A stretch of DNA of 64,000 nucleotides from Mycobacteriales bacterium (GCA_035504215.1 DATJSI010000085.1:5984-69983), one strand, 5' to 3'. Positions 31,287 through 39,999 are shown, counted from the first letter of the stretch. Numbers and translations are program-made. The notes: a model not told the origin generated them from the sequence alone.

Positions 31287-31354
31287 CTATTGTTGACCAA
31301 CTTTGTGTAGAACAATAGCACCCGTCAGGGCATTGTCAACCAACTCTGTGTAGA
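31287..31354. repeat. two ~22-nt direct repeats plus an 8-bp inverted repeat in the AT-richer tauE/cspA divergent region
   Basis: R1 TTGTTGACCAACTTTGTGTAGA (31290-31311) and R2 TTGTCAACCAACTCTGTGTAGA (31333-31354). CTATTGTT (31287-31294) and AACAATAG (31311-31318) bracket R1. Confidence 0.5.
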
Positions 31355-31527
31355 TTCCGCGCGGGAGATGGGATTCGGCGGCCGAACCTGTTAGCCTTGA
31401 TCCCGCAGGTCGCAGTTCTCGTTGTGCTTAGCTCGCGGGATCTCCCCGCGGGCATTTTGCTTTTCGCCGAAAAGCACCCGCGGCGGCCGAGTCCCGCTCC
31501 GCGGGGCGTCCCAGCAAGGAAAGTGCG

Positions 31528-31731
31528 ATGGCACAAGGCACGGTCAAGTGGTTCAACTCCGAGAAGGGCTACGGCTTCATCGCTCCGGCGGATGGCAGCC
31601 CGGACGTCTTCGTTCACTTCTCGGCGATCCAGTCTGACGGCTACAAGACGCTCGACGAGGGCGCGACCGTGGAGTTCGACACGACGCAGGGCCAGAAGGG
31701 CCTGCAGGCGGAGAACGTCCGGGTCGTCTGA
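31528..31731 (+). CDS. cspA: cold-shock protein (CspA family)
   Basis: 67 aa: [67 protein letters not shown] (RNP1/RNP2 motifs). AAGGAAAG RBS. Confidence 0.95.
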   Translation: MAQGTVKWFNSEKGYGFIAPADGSPDVFVHFSAIQSDGYKTLDEGATVEFDTTQGQKGLQAENVRVV

Positions 31732-31748
31732 CCCGTCACGGCACTGGC

Positions 31749-31781
31749 GGCGCCGACCGGTCTCCGGTCGGCGCCGTTTGC
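31749..31781 (+). terminator. rho-independent terminator of cspA
   Basis: GGCGCCGACCGG-tctc-CCGGTCGGCGCC (perfect 12-bp stem) followed by GTTTG, 18 nt after the cspA stop. Confidence 0.7.
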
Positions 31782-31908
31782 CGTATTGAGCCGAAAGTCC
31801 GGGCCGGTTGGACCGTTCGGCCGCAGGTCGTAGACCGTTTGCTCAGAGATTTCTCAGTGTTCGGTCCGGGAGTTCAAGCCCTTCAGGTTGAGCACCGACA
31901 CTTCAGCC

Positions 31909-32577
31909 ATGAGCGAGCACCCGAGCGACACCTCGGCCGTCGAACGGCCTCGCCTCGGCGCGATCATGCGCCACCTCGGCCTCAGCATCCTGATGGCCAA
32001 CATCATCCCCAGCGCGCTGTTCTACCTCTGCCTGGTGGCCGGAAATGTGTGGACCGCACTGATCGCCGCCCTGGTCTGGTGCTACGGATCGATGGCCTGG
32101 CGATGGAGCACCCGGCGCCGGGCCTCCGGCCTGTTGCTGCTCACCGTCGTCGGCCTGACCGCGAAGACCGCGTTGGCGCTCGCCAGCCACAGCACGTTCC
32201 TCTACTTCCTGCAGCCGGCGATCACCGACTGGGCAGTCGCGGCGATGTTCCTGCTCTCGCTGAAGACCGCCCGCCCGATCGTCGGCCGGCTGGCCGGTGA
32301 CTTCTTCCCGATGAGCGAGGACGTCGCCTCGCGGCCGCGGATCCAGCGCTTGTTCTGGCAGCTGACGCTGTTCTGGGCGTTCATCTGCCTCGCGAAGGCG
32401 GTGGTGACGGTCTGGCTGCTGGAGTCGCTCCCGCTGGTGACCTTCGTCGCGATGAAGGAAGTCGCCGTCCTTGCCATGATTCTCGTCGGAACGGGTATCA
32501 CGGTCGCAGCGGCCGTGCGGGTCGCCCGGTCCGAGGGGCTGCTGCACGTCGGATTGCCGCTGACGCCTGCTGGGTAG
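31909..32577 (+). CDS. polytopic membrane protein (resembles the VC0807 / septation-protein-A-like family)
   Basis: Track ORF begins at TTG 31888; I preferred ATG 31909. Multiple TM helices (LGLSILMANIIPSALFYLCLVAG, WTALIAALVWCYGSMAW, LLLLTVVGLTAKTALALA...). The family call is tentative. Confidence 0.6.
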   Translation: MSEHPSDTSAVERPRLGAIMRHLGLSILMANIIPSALFYLCLVAGNVWTALIAALVWCYGSMAWRWSTRRRASGLLLLTVVGLTAKTALALASHSTFLYFLQPAITDWAVAAMFLLSLKTARPIVGRLAGDFFPMSEDVASRPRIQRLFWQLTLFWAFICLAKAVVTVWLLESLPLVTFVAMKEVAVLAMILVGTGITVAAAVRVARSEGLLHVGLPLTPAG

Positions 32578-32586
32578 CCTCGGGTC

Positions 32587-34647
32587 GTGGACCCGCGGCC
32601 TGTCGGCGGGCGTGTCGCTGTCAGCGTGATCGTCCCCGTATTCAACCCAGGCTCGTCGATCGAGGTCTGTATCGACTCGTTGCTGGCTCAGAGCCTGCCC
32701 CCTGAACAGTACGAAGTGGTTTTCGTCGACGACGGGTCGACGGACGCTGCACCGGGCCGCCTGGACGAGGTCGCGGATAAGGCTGCCAACGTGCGGGTGT
32801 TCCATGAGCCACCTTCGGGCTGGCCGGGTCGGCCGCGCAACATCGGGATCGACAACGCGGTGGGCGACTACGTCTTCTTCTGCGACCAGGACGACTGGCT
32901 CGCACCCGAAGCATTGGCACGCATGGCTGACTTCGCGGACTCCGCCGGCGCGGACGTTCTCAACGCGAAGACCATCGGCCACCACCGCGCGGTGCCGCGA
33001 AGTCTCTACCGAGAGAACGACACCAACGCGACGTTATGGACGCGTCCGTTGATGTCGAGCCTGTCGCCGCACAAGCTCTTTCGCCGCAGCTTCCTCGACG
33101 AGCACGGCCTGCGGTTCCCGGAGGGCAGGCGCCGGCTCGAGGACCACGTGCTCGTCGTCCGCGCGTACTTTCTCGCCAAACGCATCGCGATCCTCGCCGA
33201 CTACCCGTGCTACCACCATGTCCGCCGACCGGGGGACGCCAACGCTGCCTACAGCGTGCCCGATCCGGCCGCTTACTACGGCTATCTCCGCGAGGTGCTC
33301 GACATCATCGAGGCGCACACCGAGCCCGGACCGGGTCGCGACGTACTGCTCGAGCGTCCCTTCACCCACGAGATGCTCGACTGGCTCAGCCATCCGAGAC
33401 GCGTGGGGGCCGTGTCGCAGGACTACTACGAGCGGCGGTTCCGGGAGGTCCGAAACCTGATGCTCGAGCGGTTCGCCCCCAGCTTCGCCGACCGGCTCGC
33501 CCTGGTGTACCGGGTCCGAGCCGGGCTGGTCCGGGACGACCGGTACGACCGGTTGAAGGACGTGAACACCGCCTTCCGGCGGTTGCACGGCCGGGCCGTG
33601 CTCAGGTCGCTGCGCTGGGACAGCGACCGCTGGCGAGCCGAGATCGAGGCGACGGCGGTCCTCGAGGACGGTACGCCGATCAGCTTTGCCCCGACCGAGG
33701 ACGGCCGGCTGCTCGTCGATCCACGGTTGCTGCCCGCGGATCTGCGTGCGAAGTTCCCGGTCGCGATCGAGCACGGCGTGCTCGCCGGGCAGGCTGAGGT
33801 GGTCGTCGTCGAGCGTGCGTCCCACGAGGAGTGGTTCGTTCCGGCGCAGCTGCAGGCCGAGCTCCGCGAGATTCCGGACCAGCCGGGGTCGAATCGCCAC
33901 GTGGTGATCCGCGGGTCGGCCGAGTTCGACCCCTCGACGCTGGCCGGCGGGCGACCGCTCGCCAACGGGGTATGGGATGTCCTCGTCCGGTTCGTCAGCC
34001 TGGGTGTCGAGCTCAGGGCGCGGCTGGCGTCGGACGCCGAAACCCAGCGCCCGCTGCCGTCGGCGGCGGTGATCGGGCCGAGGCCGGTCACCGTCATCCC
34101 GTACCTGACCGAGGGTCGCAGCACGCTCGCCTTCGATGTCGGGCAGCGGGTGCACACGTTGGTCGAGTCGGTCCTGTCCCGGCCGATCGGCACGGCGGTC
34201 ATCGCACGGGACGAGGTGTGGGCACCCGTCGAGGTGGACGTCGCGCCGCAGGCCTCTCAGCGGTCCTTGAGACTCCAGCTCCGTGGCGGCGACGCCGTGG
34301 TGGGGCGCTGCGAGGCAGCCGTCGTCGCCGGGCCGGACGGAGCCCGACTGCGGATGGGGAGGGTGCCGAAACCGACGTCCGGCGGTACTCGGCTCTCGCA
34401 CGGCGCCGGTCGCTACTCGGTGACCATGCAGTCGCGCGCCCGCGACGAGCCATCGCTGGTAGGCGTCGTCGACATCAACCGGATCGGCCGCATCGTCGCG
34501 GCCGACTTCAGCGCGGCGCAGCGCGCGGCGGTCGTGGCGCTACCCGGCGGGTTCGGCAAGGTCGGGCCGTTCATGCGCGTGGTGAAGGCGATCCGGCGCC
34601 GGGTGGCTCGGCTGAGGCATTCTCGACAGCGCACCATGCCTATGTAA
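32587..34647 (+). CDS. family 2 glycosyltransferase with ~450-aa uncharacterised C-terminal extension
   Basis: N-terminal GT-A motifs: VSVIVPVFNPGSSIEVCIDSLLAQSL...YEVVFVDDGSTD...YVFFCDQDDWL. The rest (aa ~230-686) matches no domain I recognise. Confidence 0.8.
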   Translation: MDPRPVGGRVAVSVIVPVFNPGSSIEVCIDSLLAQSLPPEQYEVVFVDDGSTDAAPGRLDEVADKAANVRVFHEPPSGWPGRPRNIGIDNAVGDYVFFCDQDDWLAPEALARMADFADSAGADVLNAKTIGHHRAVPRSLYRENDTNATLWTRPLMSSLSPHKLFRRSFLDEHGLRFPEGRRRLEDHVLVVRAYFLAKRIAILADYPCYHHVRRPGDANAAYSVPDPAAYYGYLREVLDIIEAHTEPGPGRDVLLERPFTHEMLDWLSHPRRVGAVSQDYYERRFREVRNLMLERFAPSFADRLALVYRVRAGLVRDDRYDRLKDVNTAFRRLHGRAVLRSLRWDSDRWRAEIEATAVLEDGTPISFAPTEDGRLLVDPRLLPADLRAKFPVAIEHGVLAGQAEVVVVERASHEEWFVPAQLQAELREIPDQPGSNRHVVIRGSAEFDPSTLAGGRPLANGVWDVLVRFVSLGVELRARLASDAETQRPLPSAAVIGPRPVTVIPYLTEGRSTLAFDVGQRVHTLVESVLSRPIGTAVIARDEVWAPVEVDVAPQASQRSLRLQLRGGDAVVGRCEAAVVAGPDGARLRMGRVPKPTSGGTRLSHGAGRYSVTMQSRARDEPSLVGVVDINRIGRIVAADFSAAQRAAVVALPGGFGKVGPFMRVVKAIRRRVARLRHSRQRTMPM

Positions 34648-34681
34648 TACGTTGGCACGTCACCTGCGCTGAGGAGGCGTC

Positions 34682-35353
34682 GTGCGAATCGGTGGACGGG
34701 TTCCCGTAGTCCTTGCGGCGGCCGCCGCGCTCACGCTGATCGGAGGGGTGGCCGGCGCCGCGGTCGCCTCCCACTCGTCGTCCGCGAAGGCGTGCGTCAC
34801 GTCGAGTGGCGCGCTGCGGCTTCGATCCGGAGGCAAGTGCGCGACCGGTGAGAAGGCGATCACGCTCGACTCCCGGGGCCCGGCCGGTGCTCGCGGGCCG
34901 CGCGGTCCCCGGGGACCGGCCGGTGCCGACGGCGACGCCGTACGGATCGACTTCAGCCAGACCGATCCCGAAGCCAGCACCGTCACCCATGCACTAGCCA
35001 CGTCCGGGCCGGCGACCCTGATCGCGTCGTGTCAGGGGACCGCGGCGACGACCACGTCACTCGTGCTGACCCTGAACGGCGGGACGGATCCACTCAGCTA
35101 CACCGCATCCGTCGTCTCGAGTCCGGTGGACGACGGCACGACGCCGGCGGCCGCCGTGCTCGACCAAGGGTCGAGCGCATCCCTGACGACCACGTCACTG
35201 CCGACGCTCACCACGACGTCGTCGGTGTCCGACATTGTCACGATCGTCATCGCAGCCCAGAGCGGTGAGCAGATCACCGGAACCCTCGACGTCGAGCTCA
35301 GCACCGCGGACAGCCCGGCTTGCGCGGTCAACGGAACGTTGGCCTCGGCATGA
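34682..35353 (+). CDS. secreted protein with short collagen-like (G-X-Y)7 tract
   Basis: GAGGAGG RBS before GTG 34682. Signal-like N-terminus VPVVLAAAAALTLIGGVAGAAVA. Paired Cys (KACVTSSGALRLRSGGKCATGE), then GPAGARGPRGPRGPAGADGDA (34877-34939). Thr/Ser-rich C-terminal domain. Confidence 0.6.
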   Translation: MRIGGRVPVVLAAAAALTLIGGVAGAAVASHSSSAKACVTSSGALRLRSGGKCATGEKAITLDSRGPAGARGPRGPRGPAGADGDAVRIDFSQTDPEASTVTHALATSGPATLIASCQGTAATTTSLVLTLNGGTDPLSYTASVVSSPVDDGTTPAAAVLDQGSSASLTTTSLPTLTTTSSVSDIVTIVIAAQSGEQITGTLDVELSTADSPACAVNGTLASA

Positions 35354-35385
35354 CGGGGGGCCGGAACGAAGAAAGGGTCCCAACA

Positions 35386-37035
35386 ATGAACACTCGATCC
35401 CGGCGTCGCGCCGCCCTCGCGTCGATCGCCTCGCTGGTCGCGCTCGGTGGCGCCGCGCTGGTTCCGGCGGCTGCACACGCCGACACTTCCTCGACGGTCA
35501 CCGTCGTCGGGACCAGTGATGTCTTCGACTCCGATCTCATGCAGCAGGTGATCAAGCCGGGCTTCGAGAAGGCGTATCCGCAGTACACGTTGAACTACGT
35601 CAGCCAGGGCACCGGTGCGGCCATCAGCTATGCCGAAGCCGGTACGGCGAGCGCGCTGCTCGTCCACGCTGCGTCACTGGAGAACCAGTTCGTGGCGTCG
35701 GGCTACTCCTACGAGCAGTACGGCCGGGCGATCTTCTACGGCGACTACGTCTTGTTGGGGCCGGCATCGGATCCCGCCGGCGTGATGAGCGGCGGCAACC
35801 CTGCGCACAACATCGTGGACGCGTTCCAGAGGATCGCGGCCGCCGGCCAGGACGGAAACGTCAACTACGTCTCGCGCGGCGGCACCCCGGGTACGACCGT
35901 CGAGGAGCACACGATCTGGGGTCTCACCACGGGCGTCACGACCTGCCCGGTCAGCACGGCGAACGGCGGCGGCGCGGTTCCGAACGCGGACAGCAACTGC
36001 GCGTCACCAACGCTGCCGTCGTGGTATCACACGACCGGACTCACGCAGGGCCCGAACGTCGTGAACGCCGACGCATGCAACTACACCGGCGGGAACTGCT
36101 ACGTCCTGACCGACCGTGCGACCTTCCAGTACCTCGAGTCGGAGGGTGCGCTCAGCAACCTGCACGTGGTCGACAACGACCCGAACACCGGGCCGGGTGG
36201 CGCCAATCTGTTGGTGAACTCGTTCCACGCATATGCGATCAACCCCGCGGCGTTCAGCTCCGACCCGAACGTGCACATCAACCTGCAGGGCGCGCTGGCC
36301 TTCCTCGACTGGCTCACCTCGCCCACCGGGCAGACCGCCGTCAACAACTACCAGGCGAACGACCCGGGCGGACGGTCGTTCAAGGAGGATGCGGCCCCCG
36401 CGTTGTCCGCAACCGCCGCCTCGACATCAGTGAAGGGCGGTCACAAGCTGACGATCACCGGGTCGTTGAGTAACAAGGTCCCGGGCACGCCTCCGCTAGC
36501 CGGCGTGCAGGTGACGCTGTCCGCGACTCCGACCGGCGGCAAGGCAGCTCTCGCAGCCACGACAACGACCAGTGCGAGCGGCAAGTTCACGTTCCACTAC
36601 GTGCCGACGGGGACTGCGTCGTACACCGTTTCCAGCCCGCAGATCAGCCAGGTCGAGATCCCGGCGTCGGCGTCCTTCGGCCCGCTGTACGGCGACATCC
36701 TGCAGCCGACCTCGGCGAAGGTTAAGGGCACGATCCATGTCGTCGGCGCGGTGGCGATCTCTTCGGCCAAGGCGCGCAAGGGCGTTGTCACGATCAGGGG
36801 CGGTCTGTCGCCCGCGGTCAGTGGCTCTGGCGCGAAATTGCGCATTTACGCAGGGCATGCCTCGGCGTCCGGCGAGCGGGTGGTCAGGACAGTGGCGCTG
36901 AAGCACGGGGCAAAGCGCTTCACCGTGAAGATCAAGCTCGCACGCGGGAGGACCTGGAAGGTTAGGGTCAAGTACGTGAATGCCGGCGTGATCGTCGCAG
37001 GTTCGTCTGCGACGAAGTCGGTGCACGTGACCTGA
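35386..37035 (+). CDS. TupA-like tungstate/molybdate-family substrate-binding protein with long C-terminal beta-sandwich-like extension
   Basis: ATG 35386 (GAAAGGG RBS). Tat-like signal MNTRSRRRAALASIASLVALGGAALVPAAAHA. PBP core ...VVGTSDVFDSDLMQQVIKPGFEKAYPQYTLNYVSQGTGAAISYAEAGTASALLVHAASLENQFVASGYS...GDYVLLGPASDPAGV...VSRGGTPGTTVEE resembles TupA. A further ~200 aa are repeat-like (…KLTITGSL…VQVTLSATPTGG…GKFTFHYVPTG…). Confidence 0.75.
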   Translation: MNTRSRRRAALASIASLVALGGAALVPAAAHADTSSTVTVVGTSDVFDSDLMQQVIKPGFEKAYPQYTLNYVSQGTGAAISYAEAGTASALLVHAASLENQFVASGYSYEQYGRAIFYGDYVLLGPASDPAGVMSGGNPAHNIVDAFQRIAAAGQDGNVNYVSRGGTPGTTVEEHTIWGLTTGVTTCPVSTANGGGAVPNADSNCASPTLPSWYHTTGLTQGPNVVNADACNYTGGNCYVLTDRATFQYLESEGALSNLHVVDNDPNTGPGGANLLVNSFHAYAINPAAFSSDPNVHINLQGALAFLDWLTSPTGQTAVNNYQANDPGGRSFKEDAAPALSATAASTSVKGGHKLTITGSLSNKVPGTPPLAGVQVTLSATPTGGKAALAATTTTSASGKFTFHYVPTGTASYTVSSPQISQVEIPASASFGPLYGDILQPTSAKVKGTIHVVGAVAISSAKARKGVVTIRGGLSPAVSGSGAKLRIYAGHASASGERVVRTVALKHGAKRFTVKIKLARGRTWKVRVKYVNAGVIVAGSSATKSVHVT

Positions 37036-37037
37036 GC

Positions 37038-38300
37038 ATGCCGCGTACCTTGCTTCGCCGAGCACTGGCGGTGGTGCTGGCGCTCGGCGGGGTGGTCGCC
37101 GTTGCGATGCCTGCTGCGGCCGCGGAGTCCTGCCCGACCGGTGACCCGTGTATCGCGGTCCACCTGCAAGGTGGCACGAAGTACGTGACGGCGACCCAGA
37201 TCACCAGCGAGGCCACGGCGGCGGCAGACGCAGATGCCGCCAACGCGGTTCAGGACGTCCAGTACCCGGAGACGGCAACGGTCGCCGGGCCGTACGTCGC
37301 ACTCGGCCTGTCCGAGAACGCCTTGCTGGCCGACCTGCTCGGCTCGTCCGCCTCGGGGGTGACCTTCACCGAGCTGACCCGTCCCTACGACGGAAGCCAC
37401 TCCTTGCTGCAGGCATCCGCCGGTGACCTGTCCGCACCCTCGAGCTTTGTCGGCGGCTTGCTGCCCGTCTTCTACGTCGACGGCCCGCAGATCCTCTACG
37501 CGCGCCCGATTCGGAGCTCCTCGGACAACGCGGCGGCCGACGACGAGATCGAAAGCGCCCAGGGCGGCCCGCTCGACCTATATGTCCACACCGGCCCGCT
37601 CCTCACGGTGACCGCCTCCGCCGATCCGATGACGGCGAAGGTAGGCCAGTCGATCACCCTCGACGCGTCCAGCAGCGGCGACAGCGTCACGCCGACGTAC
37701 ACGTGGCGGCTGTTCCCGAGCGACCAGAAGATCGGGGTGGGGGCACGGATCACCCATGCCTTCGCCGTCGCGGGCACCTACGAGGTCTTGCTGAGCGCGC
37801 AGGGAGCGGATGACTCCGGCGGCTTCGCCGACCCGCTGTTCGTGACGGTAGGGCACGCGCGGGTGTCGCCATCGCACTCCCCGAGCCCGGGCGGGAGCCG
37901 CACGCCGACCCCGAGCCCGTCGTTGCATCCGAGCAGTACGCCGAGCCCGTCCACGAGTGCTCTGGGCGGGCGGTCCGGTGGGTCTACGCGGTCGCCGAGC
38001 CCTGGAACGAGCGGATCGGGCGTTGCGTCCGGCCGATCAACGCCGCCTCCTAGCAGCCTTGCCGGCCGTCCGGTCGTGAGCGGCCGGTTGATCGGCCAGG
38101 GTGTCGCGCTGCTCAGCGCCCCGAGTGCTCCCGCCGTCGGGACCCAGGCCGAGGGATCGGCGGCCACGCCGCTCTCGTCGGGTTGGCGCGTGAGCTCCGC
38201 TGCGGCGGCGATCGCCGCGATAATGCTGCTGTTCGGCCTGGGGGCGGCACGTGAGCTGCGCTGGGCGAGGCGGCGGAGAAGCGCGGTGAGACAGCATTGA
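37038..38300 (+). CDS. PKD-domain surface protein with Pro/Ser-rich stalk and C-terminal TM anchor
   Basis: Signal peptide (ALAVVLALGGVVAVAMPAAAAE). PKD-like segment VTASADPMTAKVGQSITLDASSSGDSVTPTYTWRLFPSDQKIGVGARITHAFAVAGTYEVLLSAQGADDSG. SPSHSPSPGGSRTPTPSPS linker. C-terminal AAAAIAAIMLLFGLGAA + RELRWARRRR. Confidence 0.7.
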   Translation: MPRTLLRRALAVVLALGGVVAVAMPAAAAESCPTGDPCIAVHLQGGTKYVTATQITSEATAAADADAANAVQDVQYPETATVAGPYVALGLSENALLADLLGSSASGVTFTELTRPYDGSHSLLQASAGDLSAPSSFVGGLLPVFYVDGPQILYARPIRSSSDNAAADDEIESAQGGPLDLYVHTGPLLTVTASADPMTAKVGQSITLDASSSGDSVTPTYTWRLFPSDQKIGVGARITHAFAVAGTYEVLLSAQGADDSGGFADPLFVTVGHARVSPSHSPSPGGSRTPTPSPSLHPSSTPSPSTSALGGRSGGSTRSPSPGTSGSGVASGRSTPPPSSLAGRPVVSGRLIGQGVALLSAPSAPAVGTQAEGSAATPLSSGWRVSSAAAAIAAIMLLFGLGAARELRWARRRRSAVRQH

Positions 38301-38310
38301 GGCCGGCGCC

Positions 38311-38937
38311 GTGACCCATGCCATCGAGCAAGCCATCTTCGACGTCGCGCGCTCGCTCGAGGTGCCGGTTCTCATCCTCGCGCTGATCGCCCTCGCGGGT
38401 GTCATCGTCGAGCTCGGCGGCTTCGCGGTCGAGCTGCGCACTCGCCAGCGGCGCCGCTTCCCGCGGCTCTCGACGGCGGCGGCCGATGCGCAGAAGGCGA
38501 TCGCGGACGGCGACCGGTCCATCGCCAAGACCGCGCTCGGCGCGGTCGCCTGGAGCGGCGCGATGGCAGCGACCTTCGACACGATCGCCGACCAGGCCGG
38601 CGAGCCGGGAGCCGACACGCGAATCGCGAAGGCGCTTGCCGACTTCGACTTCGACTCGCAGCGCCGGCTGGCGCGCACCCGCCTGCTGGTCAGGGCCGGC
38701 CCGGCACTCGGCCTGATGGGCACCCTGATCCCGCTCTCGCCCGCCCTGGAGGGACTGCGCAACGGCAACACCACCGCACTCAGCCAGAACCTGCGGGTGG
38801 CATTCAGTGTGACGGTGCTCGGCCTGCTCATCGGAGCGATCGCGTTTGCCTTGTCGCTGTACCGCGACCGGATGTACGGGCAGGACCTGTCCGACCTCGA
38901 GTACGTCGCGGCCGTTCTCACGGACGAGCGGCGATGA
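38311..38937 (+). CDS. MotA/TolQ/ExbB proton-channel family protein
   Basis: 208 aa with three TM helices. Family-typical core RTRLLVRAGPALGLMGTLIPLSPALEGL...NLRVAFSVTVLGLLIGAIAFALSLY. GTG at 38311. Confidence 0.8.
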   Translation: MTHAIEQAIFDVARSLEVPVLILALIALAGVIVELGGFAVELRTRQRRRFPRLSTAAADAQKAIADGDRSIAKTALGAVAWSGAMAATFDTIADQAGEPGADTRIAKALADFDFDSQRRLARTRLLVRAGPALGLMGTLIPLSPALEGLRNGNTTALSQNLRVAFSVTVLGLLIGAIAFALSLYRDRMYGQDLSDLEYVAAVLTDERR

Positions 38938-39257
38938 TCAAGGTCACGCCGCGTGCGCGGCTGCGCGAGGACCGCGCCGGCGACCCGCTCGACGGGTTGG
39001 TCAACCTCTTCGACCTCGGAATCGTGCTCGCGGTCGCGTTCCTGTTGGCCGCACTTGCCTCGCTCAATCTGACCAAGGCGTTCACCAAGAACGGCCTGCA
39101 TCCGGTCAGCCCGAATACGATCACCATCTCGCCGGGCCAGACCGTGCACACGCTTCCTAGTCCTGGAGCCAAGACGATCGGGCCGGGCGTCAAGGTCGGC
39201 ACGGTGTACCGGTTGCCGTCCGGGAAGCTGGTGTACGTAACCGGCCCGGCGAAGTGA
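38934..39257 (+). CDS. DUF2149-like single-TM protein (ExbD/TolR-like topology)
   Basis: ATGA-coupled to the ExbB-like gene. 107 aa with TM GLVNLFDLGIVLAVAFLLAAL carrying an intramembrane Asp, followed by a small soluble domain ...ITISPGQTVHTLPSPGAKTIGPGVKVGTVYRLPSGKLVYVTG. Confidence 0.65.
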   Translation: MIKVTPRARLREDRAGDPLDGLVNLFDLGIVLAVAFLLAALASLNLTKAFTKNGLHPVSPNTITISPGQTVHTLPSPGAKTIGPGVKVGTVYRLPSGKLVYVTGPAK

Positions 39258-39279
39258 CCGCTCCGCCGGGCAGTGCGCG

Positions 39280-39999
39280 GTGACGTTCATCTGGCGCGGG
39301 TTTCGGCAGGCCTGGCATCTCATCGTCTCGGGCGACCCGAACCTTCGGCACGTCACGTGGGTCACGCTCGAGGTCGCGATCGTCGCCACAGTCGTGGCAG
39401 TCGTGCTCGGGCTGCCGTGCGGCCTTGTCCTCGGCCTCGGCCGGTTCCGCGGCCGCCGGCTCGGCATCGTGCTTGCCAATGCGGGGCTCGGGCTCCCGCC
39501 GGTCATGGTCGGGCTCGTGCTCGCGCTGCTGATGTTCCCGGAGGCACCACTCGGGCGCTTCCATCTCCTGTTCACGTTGCACGGCGTCTACATCGCGCAG
39601 TCGGTCCTGTCGTTCCCAGTCGTCGTGGCACTCAGCTGCTCGGCGCTCAGGGCGGTGCCGGAGGGTCTGCTCGACCAGGCGCGCGCGTTCGATGCGAGCC
39701 GGCGACAGTTATGGGTGCTCGCGCTGCGCGAGGCGCGGGTCGGCGTGCTCACGGCCGTGATCGCGGCAGTCGGGTCGGCGTTGTCCGAGGTCGGCGCCGT
39801 CGTACTCGTCGGTGGCAACATCTACGGCAACGACCAAACCCTCGCCAGCGCAACGATCTTTGCCGTCGACCAGGCTCAGTTTGCTTACGCGATGGCGCTC
39901 GGCATCATCCTGCTCGGCTTGATCCTGGTGGTCGCGGCGGCGCTGACCTTCGTCCAGCAGGGCTCGGCGGCACGCGTCCGTATCCGGCCGCCGTCATGA
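39280..39999 (+). CDS. ABC transporter permease, TupB-like (tungstate/oxyanion)
   Basis: 239 aa. BPD_transp_1-like region with EAA-type loop ...EGLLDQARAFDASRRQLWVLALREARVGVLTAVIAAVGSALSEVGAVVLVGGNI... Confidence 0.8.
   Translation: MTFIWRGFRQAWHLIVSGDPNLRHVTWVTLEVAIVATVVAVVLGLPCGLVLGLGRFRGRRLGIVLANAGLGLPPVMVGLVLALLMFPEAPLGRFHLLFTLHGVYIAQSVLSFPVVVALSCSALRAVPEGLLDQARAFDASRRQLWVLALREARVGVLTAVIAAVGSALSEVGAVVLVGGNIYGNDQTLASATIFAVDQAQFAYAMALGIILLGLILVVAAALTFVQQGSAARVRIRPPS

Noticed and set aside
38311-39257. The MotA-like + small TM partner as a Zorya-type (ZorAB-like) anti-phage module.
   Set aside because: The proteins are small (208 and 107 aa) and lack the long ZorA tail. There are no ZorC/D-like or nuclease/helicase effector genes nearby. 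The pair is translationally embedded between ABC-importer components, so transport coupling is the more economical reading.
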